A DNA stretch of 64,000 nucleotides from Octopus bimaculoides (Eukaryota): contig NC_068990.1 in the NCBI RefSeq assembly GCF_001194135.2, forward strand, positions 39,542,585-39,606,584. The letters run 5' to 3'. The position numbers and the translations under genes are program-made. Below, one piece after another: positions 36,851 to 49,915 of the stretch (the stretch's first letter is position 1; every line of letters starts with the position of its first letter). The notes beneath the pieces are model-generated. The model searched no databases, had not been told where the DNA came from, and saw only the letters and a program-made list of their open reading frames with translations.

Positions 36851-37399
36851 GGTTGAAATGATTACTGCAGAACCATCTACATAATGCATTAATGATTCAG
36901 CCAATTGGCCATCAATATTTATGTACTCATTTAGGAGTTCATCTAATCTCATGATGTTATTGCCTTCAGTGTTTAATGTACACACAATGTACTCATTTCT
37001 CTCTTTACTTTTCAGTTGAATTCTAAATGACGTGATGCAGAAATCAAAGGCTGTCTAAACTGATCTTATGCTTCTAACTCTGTCCCTCTGTTCATCATAG
37101 ATCTAGTCAGCATCACTATTGATGTAGAAATTGCTAGTCATCATTAGTATCTTCCTAGTCCTGATGACTAAGTTGTGGACTTCTTCAAGTGTTCAGTCCA
37201 TTACTCCAAATGTTGGTACTAGCACTGACACTATGAAAGCTTTGTGAGATATAAGCATCACTGAATGCCGACAGCTCTGATTTCTTCTACTTGGTATCAT
37301 GAATATTACTTAGGTACAGCATAAGGTCATCAACAAAAAAGGTGAAGGGGAAATTGGTCTTTCTTCCATTTGCAGCTCCTATCATGTAGCCTTTTTTTT

Positions 37400-38235
37400 C
37401 ATACTGGGACTGACAATGAGTTCACTACTCCTACAGAAAGCATTACAGATAAGCTGTCACCTTGATATGTTCCTGTTGATAGCGTAATTCTGTTATTGAC
37501 TGTTGTGGTAGGTTAAGTTCTTGATGACAGTCTGCAATTTTGTCATGGGCAGGAACAAAGAGCCAATGTAAAATTTTGCTTGGGTAGTCTGCTACAGAGA
37601 CATAAAGTATGCTTTGACAAGCTTACAGTGATGAGGCAATGGATCATACACAATGTTTCCAGTGGCACGGGTGCTTGAAAAGTGGAAGAACATCCCTGGA
37701 ATACGATGTGTGATCTGGAAGACCTGCCACGAGCAGCACACCTGGAAATATGGTACTGTTCATTGAGAATTCATTTCCCAGGGTCAGATTATCAATAAGT
37801 AGTTTTACTGTGATGATTTGAAGCATTTGAGGGAGGGCATTCGGCAAAAGCAACCAGATCTGTGGAGCATGGAGAATTGGATTCTTCTCTGAGATCTCCT
37901 CAGTCATGAGTTTCTTGCCAAACACAACATGGTATTGCTTTTGCACCCTCCTTGTTCACCAGATTTAGCACTTGCAGATTTCCATCTCTTCTCCAAGAGG
38001 AAAATGCAGCTCAAAGGTCACGATTTTAACACAATTGTCAAGATCCAGAGTGAATCACAGAAGGTCCTTGACTCAATTACAAAAAATGACTTCCAGGCTG
38101 GATTCCAAAAGTGGTAGGAACACTGAGACGGGTGGATTGCTGAGCAAGGTGATTATTTCAAAGGAGATGATGTTAAAACTTAGGTAAATAAGTTATTTTT
38201 TATTAAACATAACTACCCCTTGATACTACTTTGTA
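37400..38235 (+). mobile_element. Internally deleted mariner element (left boundary approximate)
   Basis: EQRANVKFC..AYSDEAM..SGRP (HTH), then EFISQGQIINK..LKHLREGIRQKQPDLW and HPPCSPDLALADFHLF..LKG. Right end TTGATACTACTTTGTA. Confidence 0.82.
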
Positions 38236-38260
38236 TATATATATATATATATATATATAT

Positions 38261-38416
38261 NNNNNNNNNNNNNNNNNNNNNNNNNNNNNNNNNNNNNNNN
38301 NNNNNNNNNNNNNNNNNNNNNNNNNNNNNNNNNNNNNNNNNNNNNNNNNNNNNNNNNNNNNNNNNNNNNNNNNNNNNNNNNNNNNNNNNNNNNNNNNNNN
38401 NNNNNNNNNNNNNNNN
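38261..38416. other. Assembly gap
   Basis: N run. Confidence 1.
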
Positions 38417-38925
38417 TACAGAGACCTACATATAATGTCTCTGAAAAATTTCTGGCAGTGAAATGTTTTATAACATGTAAAATATAGTTCTAAGAAAAAA
38501 AAAAAAAAAAAAAAAAACTTTCCATTTCAAATGCACTGAACCATTTTTAGAATTGTGCATAGCTTAATCATCTGATTAAATATATCTAGAATATGTATAT
38601 GTGGGTATGTATATATTGGAAGATATGTAGAGTAATGTGCACACACACACGCACACACACACACACACACGCACACAAAATTTTACATATATGTATTGCT
38701 TTTTTGTATTTTATATGTATTTTATGTGTGTATGTATGGCATGTATGTATATATGAGCATATTTCAATTGTGTAATGCATAGCCGCCTGATTGTGTGGGT
38801 GTAAGATATATGTGGTGAATAAGAGGTATCTTTATGATTATGATTGTGTCTGTTCATCTGTATACATATGCATATCATATATATATGTGTGTGTGTGTGT
38901 GTGTATGTATGTGTATGTATATATG

Positions 38926-38993
<68 letters not shown>

Positions 38994-39354
38994 GAGAGGG
39001 AATAAGAAGTGGTAGATAGATTTAGAATTTTTTAAATTTTTTATGAACATCAAATTTATATGAATGAGAGTGAGTATAAATGAGTGCAAAGAGTGTTTTT
39101 TTTTTATATAAAATATAGTACACGTATTTGTGTGTGTGTATGTGTGTGTTTTGAGATATTTCAATTTCTGTACACTAGTGTGTGTGGTGTAGCTACAGAC
39201 TGGTGTCTGGTCATAAACACAGTGTGTCTATTGTACCTCTTACTATCTGGAGAGACCCATGTAGCTGTACAGGTTGCAGTATCAGCAAGATATTTTTAAT
39301 GGTTCCTCACCAATTATGGCTTCATGCTCCAACAAATTCTAGTACATAACATCT

Positions 39355-39356
39355 TG

Positions 39357-39425
<69 letters not shown>

Positions 39426-39440
39426 TTTCTACTACTACTA
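39355..39440. repeat. (CTA)n trinucleotide tract
   Basis: Visible. Confidence 0.97.
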
Positions 39441-40884
39441 ATCATTGACAAAATATGCAGATTTATTATATTTGATGTAGCAATATTTTTTTCTCTTACA
39501 CGCACACACTCACATGTACATACATGCATGCACATACACACACACACACACATACACACATGCACACACACACACACATACACACTCACACACACATTCA
39601 CTCCTATATGGACAACACATACTGGCGTCAAACAAACTTACAGTTTTATGCTTATTTCTCTTATGTACTTTATATTTTCATGTTTTTTTTAATATACTTT
39701 TGTAATTTTTTTTATATGCTTTATTCTTTCTTTTAGTATTTTTTAACTAAAAAAAAAATTTTTCCAGCAGTTTTTCAGAGAAGCTGTTGTATCATTAAAA
39801 TATCAGTAATTATGGCACTTGGAAAGTAAAGAATATCTAAACAATCTACTGAAGTTCAAACTATCTTTCTTGTACTTGAAGGAGTCTGTAGTAGTGAAGA
39901 TTAAGTTTGGCTTTTGCTGTTTCACATAGGTGAGATAAGAGAAACTTCCCCCTGGATAAGATGCTATTCATTTGTAGGTTATTTCCTTCACAATGTGATA
40001 TACATTTCATCTAAGGCAGCAAGTTGGCTGAGTCATTAGAGCATTGGACTTACTGATTTGCAGTAATCATTCAGGCTCACTACAGTCTGAGTTCAAATCC
40101 TGTTAAGGTCAACTTTGCTGTTCATCTTAGTAAAGGTGGTAAAATACCAGTCTTAAAAGTTGATCTTCCTCTTTATTTCTCTCTTTCTGTCTGTCTGTCT
40201 GTCTGTTTGATTCTTTCTATTCATTTCAAGAAATCTGATATTGTCAGACCTGAAGGTGTCTATGACCGTTTGCAATTACCCTAGTAGCAAAATAATTAGT
40301 GAAAACATGGTACACTCTCCGAAGTCACCTTTGATTCTGAATGGCAGCAGCAGCAGCAGCAGTAGCAGTAGTAGTAGTAGTAGTAGTATACTTCAGGCAC
40401 ATGCATTCACATATGTTCATATATTTATTCTCCTCCCTTACTGTATTGTCACATATCACCTCCTCCCTTCTGAGCCACACACATTCTTTTTACCTTTCCC
40501 CTTGCCATATTAATATTTACCATCAACCACACCTCTACCCTAGCTCTACCCTAGCTTCACTCACTACATTCATCTCTACACACTTCTCTAGCCATCTGTC
40601 ATTCTCTTCTCACTCTGTTGAACACATCCACTCATCCTTCCCACCTCCTCAGATCATTGCCCATATTCTCTCCTATACTCACCTTCTTGTGTCTTGATAG
40701 TATGCTCTCACACCTTGTCATCACCATCATGATCTTTCAAGCTACTCCCACCAACCCTTATGTATTGCATGATAGCCACACATCTCCTCTATATCAAGAC
40801 ATCTCTGCCTGTCCCTCTATGATACTTTAGCCTCTCAAAGTTCCCTCTCTAGTACAACACCACAAGGGGACAGAGCTTTCTTTG

Positions 40885-41075
40885 TTTTGTCAATTACTTG
40901 GTGACCTCATTGGTGCTGGTGTATGAAAAAGCACCCAGAACATTCTGTAAGGTGGTTGGTGTTAGGAGGGGCGACCAGCCCTAGAAACCATGCCAAAACA
41001 GACATTGGAGCTCAATGCAATCCTCTGGCTTGTTGGATTCTCTCAAACTGTCCAACCAATGCAAGCATGGAAGAC
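40885..41075 (+). mobile_element. Dispersed SINE-like family D 3' part
   Basis: GGTGCTGGTG..AAAAAGCACCC..GTGGTTGGTGTTAGGAGGGGCGACCAGCC..AGAAACCATGCCAAA..GCATGGAAGACAGACATT; homologous to 59145-59447. Confidence 0.7.
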
Positions 41076-41823
41076 AGACATTTAGATTTACTCCCCCCCC
41101 CACACACTCTGCCCACCTCCCTCTATCTTCTCTCCTACTTTTCTACATACCTTAATAATCTCCCTCTGCTACCAACCTTACTTCTTTCTTTGAATTCACC
41201 CTTAGCCACCAATATAATCATCTATGAACTAGACCCTTTCCCTCCCTCTAATAATTGCCCTCCCCTTTTTACTGTCTCAACTTCCCATAGTTCTATTGCC
41301 ATTATCCCTAAATTTTGACATTTATTCACAAACCCAACAACTCACCACCCTTCAGTTACCACCCATCCCACCCTTCCCACTCAATTACTTCCCACCCTCC
41401 ACCTCAACTACTACCTCCCTAATACCCTAATCGTTAACCCCATCTTCCTGAACTGACTCTTTTATCTCCTTTCATCCTTCCCTGCCTCCACACTCCCCAC
41501 ACACCCACCAGCCTCCTACTTCCTTCCTCCAATACTGCTTACTTATTCTCCACATTTAAACATTCCACTTTTAAACTTCTCTACATCATGATCTGAAATG
41601 TAAGATTTTTTCTACCCTGATGACAGAGTAAATCTACCTTAGTTTACCAAATGTTTATTTGCTTCCATTACAGGCTGCATATTTTGATGAACTACATCTA
41701 CTCACATTATGGTGGATCTCCAAGCCCCCAGAAACAGTTGTTGGACTTATGACCCCTTACCTCTTCCCATTTAGTTTTCTCTGTCATTTGTACTCTGTGT
41801 AAGTTTGACTTATTAATATGCAA

Positions 41824-42057
41824 GGCGGTGAGCTGGCAGAAATGTTAGCATGCCGGGCGAAATGCTTAGCGGTATTTTGTCTGCTGCTACGTTCTGAGAT
41901 CAAATTCCGCCGAGGTCTACTTTGCCTTTCATCCTTTCGGGGTCGATAAATTAAGTACCAGTTACACACTGGAGTCGATGTAATCGACTTAATCCCTTTA
42001 TCTGTCCTTGATTGTCCCCACTATGTTTAGCCCCTTCTGGGTAATAAAGAAATAAGA
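41824..42057 (+). mobile_element. SINE family B, well preserved, alternative 3' tail
   Basis: GGCGGTGAGCTGGCAGAAATGTTAGCATGCCGGGCGAAATGC..GCCTTTCATCCTTTCGGGGTCGATAAATTAAGTACC. Confidence 0.9.
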
Positions 42058-42069
42058 AGTCAGACAGTT

Positions 42070-42573
42070 GCAGTTAATGGTGCTCCCTCTAAGGAGACAT
42101 CAATTCACAGTGGAGTCCTTCAAAGAACTGTACTTAGACCACTACTGTTTGGGGTGGCTCTCTCAGATTTGCCCTCAGCCATACAGTCAGCAAATCTCAC
42201 CTGCTACACTGATGATACAAAGGTTTCACAGGTGGTCAAGGATCCTGATGACATACTAAAACTGCAAAATGACCATCAGGCAATGTACAAATGGACTGAG
42301 GAAAATAACATACAGCTCAATACTGATAAGTTTCAAGCAATCTACTATCAGCCTACAAATGGATTATTATTAGAATACATAGGACCAGGGTGCAGTGCAA
42401 TCCCAGAGTTAGAATCAGTGCATGATCTGGGAACCCATATTATTACTCATGTAGATTCCCAAGTGGCAACACTGTGCAGGCAAGTAGATGGGTGGATTCT
42501 TAGATCATTCAGAACAAAGAAAAAGAATACCATGCTACTCCTATGGAGAACTTTCATTTTCCATCATCTAGAT
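42070..42573 (+). mobile_element. CR1/L2-group LINE reverse-transcriptase fragment
   Basis: SGVLQRTVLRPLLF, CYTDDTK (YADD motif), LQND..YKWTEENNIQLNTDKFQ, DLG and GWILRSFRT. Confidence 0.85.
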
Positions 42574-42730
42574 CAGTGGTTCTCAACTAGGGTCCGTATG
42601 GCCCCTGGGGATCTATGTAAGATGTTTGGGGTTCATGCAACAAAATAGTAAATTGGTGATCCACAATTTTATTTTAAGGACCCCTGAAAAATTTTGCTTT
42701 AGATGTATTGGTATGTATTACAAGAAACAG
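42574..42730. mobile_element. Truncated hAT (Charlie-type) MITE end
   Basis: CAGTGGTTCTCAAC terminus preceded by ATCTAGAT, the NTCTAGAN target typical of Charlie-type hATs. The second end was not found. Confidence 0.65.
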
Positions 42731-43680
42731 TTTGTAAGACTATGTTTTACATAGAGAGATAGAGACTGACAGACAGAGAATTAACTAGGTATCATATGTA
42801 ATGTAAATGCATTGCAAAACGGCAAATTAACTCTGATATTTGTCCTGCGATGATATTTCTTATAGACGTAATGTGTTTAAAAGCACCAAAATATCAGTAG
42901 CAGACAAAATCATAAAGCATCTGTGAGGGAAAATGCAAGATGCACATTTGGATTTTATCAGTAGAATGTATGCACTGCCAACCATATGCTAAGACAAATG
43001 AGACAGAAATATGTGTCTAACATTCTCACTTCTGTTGTTGGATGGTTTTTGCCTGCTACTAGTACATTTGCATTATAAAACACAGTATACTCATAAGATA
43101 TATTATCACTGGATGAACACACAGTCAGTTTAGCTTTTAGCACTGTATCTGCATTAAGTATGATACACAATTAGCTGTTTTAATCTAATACTGTTTCTGT
43201 TACATATAAAGAAGTTTATTTGGCTGGACAGCTAGTGGCAATATCAATGATTTTTCAGTCAATATTTTCCTATATCAATAACAATCGTCCTAAAGATCAA
43301 GTTTCCTACCATGAGGAAGCCAGAGGTAGGAAATAAAATCTAACTTCAGAACACAAATGGCATCTAGCAATTTCCTCAATAGACTGTCAACATTAACATT
43401 TGTGAACAACTGTACCAACTTGCTGCTTATGAAGACAAGTATGAACACAGTATACCTACACTTACAAGGCACTAACTTGTGTACTCTCAGCTAATTGCTG
43501 TTATTTAGTCTCAAGGGAACCCTGATCAAGGCAGCTTGTGATAAGAGACACTCCAGCCGTGACCACTCCAGTTTAAGAAGAGTCAGGAGATACGTTGTCC
43601 AATGTATTTGCATTTTAAAAGGCAATTTGGTATGTGAATTGAGAGGTATCTGGTTGCTGTTTCTTGCAGGCAGAGCAACT

Positions 43681-43890
43681 ATTCTTTTATTCTTTTATTT
43701 TGTTTCAGTCATTTGACTGTGGCCATGCTGGAGCACCGCCTTTAGTTGAACAAATCGACCCCAGAACTTATTCTTTGTAAGCCTAGTGCTTATTCAATCG
43801 GTCTCTTTGCTGAACCACTAAGTTACGGGAACATAAACACAAAAGTATCAGTTGTCAAGCAATGGTGGGGGGACAAACATAGACACACAG

Positions 43891-43932
<42 letters not shown>

Positions 43933-44099
43933 TTATGACGAGCTTCTTTCAGTTTTCATCTACCAAATCCACTCACAAGGCTTTAGTTGGCCCGAGGCTA
44001 TAGTAGAAGACACTTGCCCAAGGCGCCACGCAGTGGGACTGAACCCAGAACCATGTGGTTGGTAAGCAAGCAACCTACCACACAGCCACACCTGCACCT
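43681..44099 (-). mobile_element. SINE family A, full length
   Basis: Reverse complement of head, body, internal (CA)n and tail. Confidence 0.92.
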
Positions 44100-44765
44100 A
44101 TGTGAAAGATCTATTTTTAAATTTTTTCCCTGATATGTGTAACTAGGTAACGGTCGAGCATATCATTATCTAGCAGAGCCAAGTTCAAATCCTATTTGAG
44201 GTGTAAAGTAACAGGAAGCCTTTACAGTGTAATATCCTGCAAGCAATTTTAAAATCAACTTGATTATCAGAAGTTTAATCTTCACACAACACCTTCAAGG
44301 CTAAAAACTGATAGAAAACAGCAACAACAACCACAACAGAGAATGTAGCAATAAACACAGAAAATGTTATGTATAGTAATTTTATTTTTATATTCTCTTT
44401 AATAAAAAAAAATTTTTTCTTCATTCTGGTGAATAAAGAATTTTTGAAACAGTGAGTGAAAGGGACATTTTTATTGGGAAAGAAAAGATATTTTGGCAAA
44501 ATTTCTAAATAATATTGATAAATTCAACGATTTTTTTTTTATTCTATGATATGAAAAATGAAATAAAAAGAAAAGAAGGAAAAAGTGAGAGAAGAAAAGT
44601 AAGAGGTAAATATATGCCTGTGTGTTTATGGTTGGTTATGAATGGATATGTGTGTGTATGAGCATGTGGAGATATGTGTGTGAGTGTAGATAGGTAACTA
44701 GATAGAAAGATTGATTGATAGATTAATAAACACATAGATAGATATATATATACATACATAAATTT

Positions 44766-44803
<38 letters not shown>

Positions 44804-45281
44804 NNNNNNNNNNNNNNNNNNNNNNNNNNNNNNNNNNNNNNNNNNNNNNNNNNNNNNNNNNNNNNNNNNNNNNNNNNNNNNNNNNNNNNNNNNNNNNNNN
44901 NNNNNNNNNNNNNNNNNNNNNNNNNNNNNNNNNNNNNNNNNNNNNNNNNNNNNNNNNNNNNNNNNNNNNNNNNNNNNNNNNNNNNNNNNNNNNNNNNNNN
45001 NNNNNNNNNNNNNNNNNNNNNNNNNNNNNNNNNNNNNNNNNNNNNNNNNNNNNNNNNNNNNNNNNNNNNNNNNNNNNNNNNNNNNNNNNNNNNNNNNNNN
45101 NNNNNNNNNNNNNNNNNNNNNNNNNNNNNNNNNNNNNNNNNNNNNNNNNNNNNNNNNNNNNNNNNNNNNNNNNNNNNNNNNNNNNNNNNNNNNNNNNNNN
45201 NNNNNNNNNNNNNNNNNNNNNNNNNNNNNNNNNNNNNNNNNNNNNNNNNNNNNNNNNNNNNNNNNNNNNNNNNNNNNNNNN
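44804..45281. other. Assembly gap
   Basis: N run flanked by (TA)n. Confidence 1.
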
Positions 45282-45324
<43 letters not shown>

Positions 45325-45947
45325 GTATATATATACTTGTCCATGCGTGTGTGGAAATGGATGCTTGTGAACATATACACACACATTAATATGTATACAT
45401 CAATGCCTAGTACACATACATATACACACAAACACACACATATCCATGCATATTCTCACACACACACATATACACACACACAGTAATAAGAAGAGAGAAA
45501 GAGAGGGACAACAAGAGTGATATGAGAAGGAGACTTTGTAAGAGTTAAAAGAAAACAAAAAATAGGAAGTGAGAAATAAAAACAAAATTTAAAAAAAAAA
45601 ATTTTGAAAAAAATATGAAAATAAAAATGAAAAAGTGAATCAACAAAGCAGAAAGCTTTCAGTGTTTTTCTCTGTTCATTTCAGTTTCTTTAGAATAGAT
45701 TTGCTTTTGTTGTTGTTGTTGTTGTTATAGTTGTTTTTGTTGTTGTTGTTGTTCAAGTGGTGACTAGAAAGCTTGCTAGGGTATGCAGGAAGTTATATGA
45801 CGTCAGGCACCAAATCTCTGATATTCTGCCAAATTCTTTATTTGGCTAAAAGAAGTGAACTGATTAAATCTTTAAATTAAAGAAGAGAAGAGTAAAACAA
45901 AATGAATGAATAATTTTTTTGAAAAATGGAATAAAAAGAAGTAAGGA

Positions 45948-46010
<63 letters not shown>

Positions 46011-46468
46011 NNNNNNNNNNNNNNNNNNNNNNNNNNNNNNNNNNNNNNNNNNNNNNNNNNNNNNNNNNNNNNNNNNNNNNNNNNNNNNNNNNNNNNNNNN
46101 NNNNNNNNNNNNNNNNNNNNNNNNNNNNNNNNNNNNNNNNNNNNNNNNNNNNNNNNNNNNNNNNNNNNNNNNNNNNNNNNNNNNNNNNNNNNNNNNNNNN
46201 NNNNNNNNNNNNNNNNNNNNNNNNNNNNNNNNNNNNNNNNNNNNNNNNNNNNNNNNNNNNNNNNNNNNNNNNNNNNNNNNNNNNNNNNNNNNNNNNNNNN
46301 NNNNNNNNNNNNNNNNNNNNNNNNNNNNNNNNNNNNNNNNNNNNNNNNNNNNNNNNNNNNNNNNNNNNNNNNNNNNNNNNNNNNNNNNNNNNNNNNNNNN
46401 NNNNNNNNNNNNNNNNNNNNNNNNNNNNNNNNNNNNNNNNNNNNNNNNNNNNNNNNNNNNNNNNNNNN
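46011..46468. other. Assembly gap
   Basis: N run after (GT)n. Confidence 1.
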
Positions 46469-47014
46469 TATAAATCATTTTAAATGAAGTGAGATTGAAA
46501 AAAAGTTTCTTTTTTTAAAAGAAACTAAAATTAAAATTGTATGAAAATAGGAATAAATTTTGAGATAAGAAAAAATTCTAAAAATATATAAATTTATGAA
46601 AATATATTGTCAAGAAATTATTATGGTAAGTGATTCAAAAATTCTCTCGACCCAAATTTTTTTCATCTAACCATGGCAAAAAATAGGCAAATTACTTCAG
46701 TTTAAATTGTATTTTTTTTTTCTTTAATCTTTCATTGTTTTTAAGATAGACACTTAAGCACATATACACCTACACACACTCACACACATATGTAAATGAA
46801 TAACTTAAAATGAATAACTTAAAAAATATTTCATATATTTCTGGATTAAAAAAAATAATAGAAACTGGAAGAATTTCCTTAAAACAATGGAAAAATCATT
46901 TGAAATTCTAATGTCAAAATAGCATATTCATATCTTTCTCCTGTTCTCTCTTCCTTCATGTATGTATGTATGCATGTATGTGTATTTATATATTTATTTA
47001 TTTATTTATTTATG

Positions 47015-47051
47015 TGTTTCAGCCAAGTGGCTGCAGTCATGCTGGTGCACC
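47015..47051 (-). mobile_element. Isolated LINE/SINE-type 3' tail fragment, third hairpin variant
   Basis: Minus strand GGTGCACCAGCATGACTGCAGCCACTTGGCTGAAACA. Confidence 0.65.
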
Positions 47052-47110
47052 ATATATATATATATATATATATGCATGTATGTACATATATATATGCATA
47101 TATATATGTA

Positions 47111-47194
<84 letters not shown>

Positions 47195-47229
47195 TGTATA
47201 TATATTCTATTTTTATATAGTTTCTTGTA

Positions 47230-47620
47230 TGAGTAATCATCATTATCCTCAACATTCTCTTTTCTTTGCTAACCCAATTTGGACTACACCTTATCCTTAT
47301 GACCTGAGTCAGTTCTTATTCAGAGTTACTGCTCCCCAATTATTAGATGGCTCGGCAACTACGTCTTTCTTGTACATTTCATCATTAACATTGCTGGATG
47401 CTCTTTTTGTTACCTACCACTTTACGGAGCTCACTGGGTACAGTTTAACATGGCACCAGGACTTTAGATTTTGACATATGCCCAGTAAAATTAGAGAGTT
47501 CCTTTACCCATGTTACCTCCATTCATTCACCAACTATATTATAGAGTTACCTGAGAGCATTTCATCATGGCACCAGCAACAGAGTGGTTTGAGTGTCCTT
47601 AGTACGATTAAAGAGTCCTC
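47230..47620 (-). mobile_element. Highly diverged family D-related copy
   Basis: GCTGGATGCTCTTTTTGTTACCTACCACTTTAC..ATGGCACCAG is the inverse of family D motifs. Confidence 0.45.
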
Positions 47621-49554
47621 CCAGTCATATGTTCCCTGTTTGTTTGTTCACTAACAGCAGAAGCTTGGTTCATCCCCAGAAGTTGAAAAAGGGGATGTGG
47701 AAAGGGAACCAAAAATATAGGATGATGGCAGAGACTAAGGGAGGAAAATCAGGGTGATACTTGTAAGAAGGTTACAGAGGAGAGAGAGGAAACAGAGAAT
47801 GATAGACAGCTACATGAAGATTGTTGGTATGGAGTTTGAATAGAAACAGTATGAGCAGCTTGGTGGAGGAAAAGAGAATGGTGAGAGAGAGATTATTGTA
47901 GATGAGGGTACAGGAGAAATGTGGTAAAGTGATAAAATGGGAGAGTAATTGTTGAAAGAGAGAGTGATAGAATAGAGAGGGAAGGTGATAGTAGAGTGAT
48001 GTAGTGGTGGATAGATACAAAATGGTGGGTGTCAACAGTGAGTGATAGAGGAGGGATACGTGTGAGAAAGTGTGACGAGCAGCAATAAAAAGGGGTGATG
48101 ATAAGGAGATGGTTGAATGCAGACAGATCCAAAATGATGCCATCAATCATGACACAGGCAGCATGATGAGTGGAAGATAAAGTTAAAGGAGGTAGGCAGA
48201 GTGATAGGAAAGGAGGTGATTAATAAATGAGAAATATAAAAGAAAAAAAGGAAGAGAATGGTATATGAAGACTTAAAATGAGTATAATGATTGAAAGAAA
48301 CCCCAAAGTAGTTAAAATATATCTCAGTTTCCATCACTATCACACTATCACATTATTAGAAAACTAAGTAACCACGAAAATAGTAGGAGCAAATGTTTAA
48401 CATTTTCCATAAAAAATAGCAGTGTGATGAAATTGAATTGTTTGTTAAAGAATAAAAATAGAATATATCACTAAAGAAAGCCATGTGCAGTAAGTTTTAG
48501 ATTAATCATAAAAACCTTTTCTACTTTGAAAGCATTTCACTATAAAATGCCATCATATGGCATGTCAAAGTGGTAAAATATTTTAAGGCACCAAATTGGT
48601 AGAGCCATCAGGATGTCATCGTATTTGTTCCAACTCTCAACACACTGAGTTCAAGTTCAGCCAATGTCAATATTACCTTTTCCTTTCAGGATCATTACAC
48701 ATGTACCAATCTAGAGCAGTAGATTGCATGCCTTCCAGTATTTGTTCTGACTTTTGTGTTCTGGATTCAAATCCTACTTTGGCCTACCCTAGCGCTATAC
48801 TTAATCTGTTGCCCTGTTTAACTCCATCACCAGGCATCTTGAATGCTTTTAGCAGAGGAGTTGACTTTGTTGAAAGTATTTAGGACAGGTTTCCAGTTTG
48901 AGAATAACTTCCCCACTCCCAACAATTTTAGAGGCCCTTAAATAGGCACAGCCTTTCCTTCTGAAAAAAAAAAAAAGATCTAAAAAAATTATAAGAGGAA
49001 GAATTGACTTCTCCCAAGTTTTGGATTTTGTCTTCGGATTGCCTTTTCAAAACTGCAGCAGGAAATCAGTGTTTTCCTTTAGGCATATTATGTTTATATG
49101 AAGGCATAAAAATGATTGAATCTTGAATAAACTTGAGTTTGGTGCCAGAATATGACTAAGAATTTCAGCTAATGTAATGATTTGCATATATTCATATTTT
49201 ACTTTTGGGAATTTATCAGTTTTTAGCTAAAACATATATATTGAATAATTTCAAGTAAAGAACAGATTATATAATTCTGAATAATCTAGATATATTAAAG
49301 TATTAACATACTATATCTTCTCTTATAAACTGCAGGATTGTCTGATGCAAAGAGATAGTATGTAATATGTAATAGCTGTACAAGTTTTCTTAACTCTTTT
49401 GTTCCTGTTTTTCTAATAAAATACACTTTATCTCATATGTTTTAAATAAAATTCTAAAATAAAATGTAAGTTTAGAATGTTTGTGTAAAAAAAATCTCTA
49501 GTGTATTTTTTTTATTTATTCATTACTGTATTAAAGTTGTGGTACATTCACAGC

Positions 49555-49915
49555 TTATTTTCATTTTTTTTCATTTTATCTAGTTTCAGCTCATGAGCTG
49601 TGGCCATGCTGGGGCACCACCATTTGGTGTTGCTACACAATTTTACTTCACAAATTTTACTTCAGGAATTGACATTTGGTGCATGAGAGAGTTTGATGCA
49701 GCTGCTCTCATCTGCACCTCTTGCCGTGAAGTTGGTTCATCTGGGACACCCGACAGGAAGAGGTCCAGCCTCATCTTGAAGACACCTACATCCACCGCAT
49801 GCAGGTCTCTCAGGTCCTTCAGGAGGATATTGAAGAGCTGTGGATCTCTGAAGCCCAGGCTATTGCAGTGTCTTGTCCTACATCTTGATGGCAAATTTGG
49901 AGTCCTTGGCATTAT
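49555..49915 (-). mobile_element. 5'-truncated CR1/L2-group LINE 3' end (ORF2 C-terminus plus 3' UTR)
   Basis: ORF 49643-49912 NSLGFRDPQLFNILLKDLR..FKMRLDLFLSGVPDEP..RAAASNSL resembles C-termini of CR1-group ORF2. The 3' UTR GGTGGTGCCCCAGCATGGCCACAGCTCATGAGCTGAAACTA is followed by an ATGAAAA-like tail. Confidence 0.8.
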
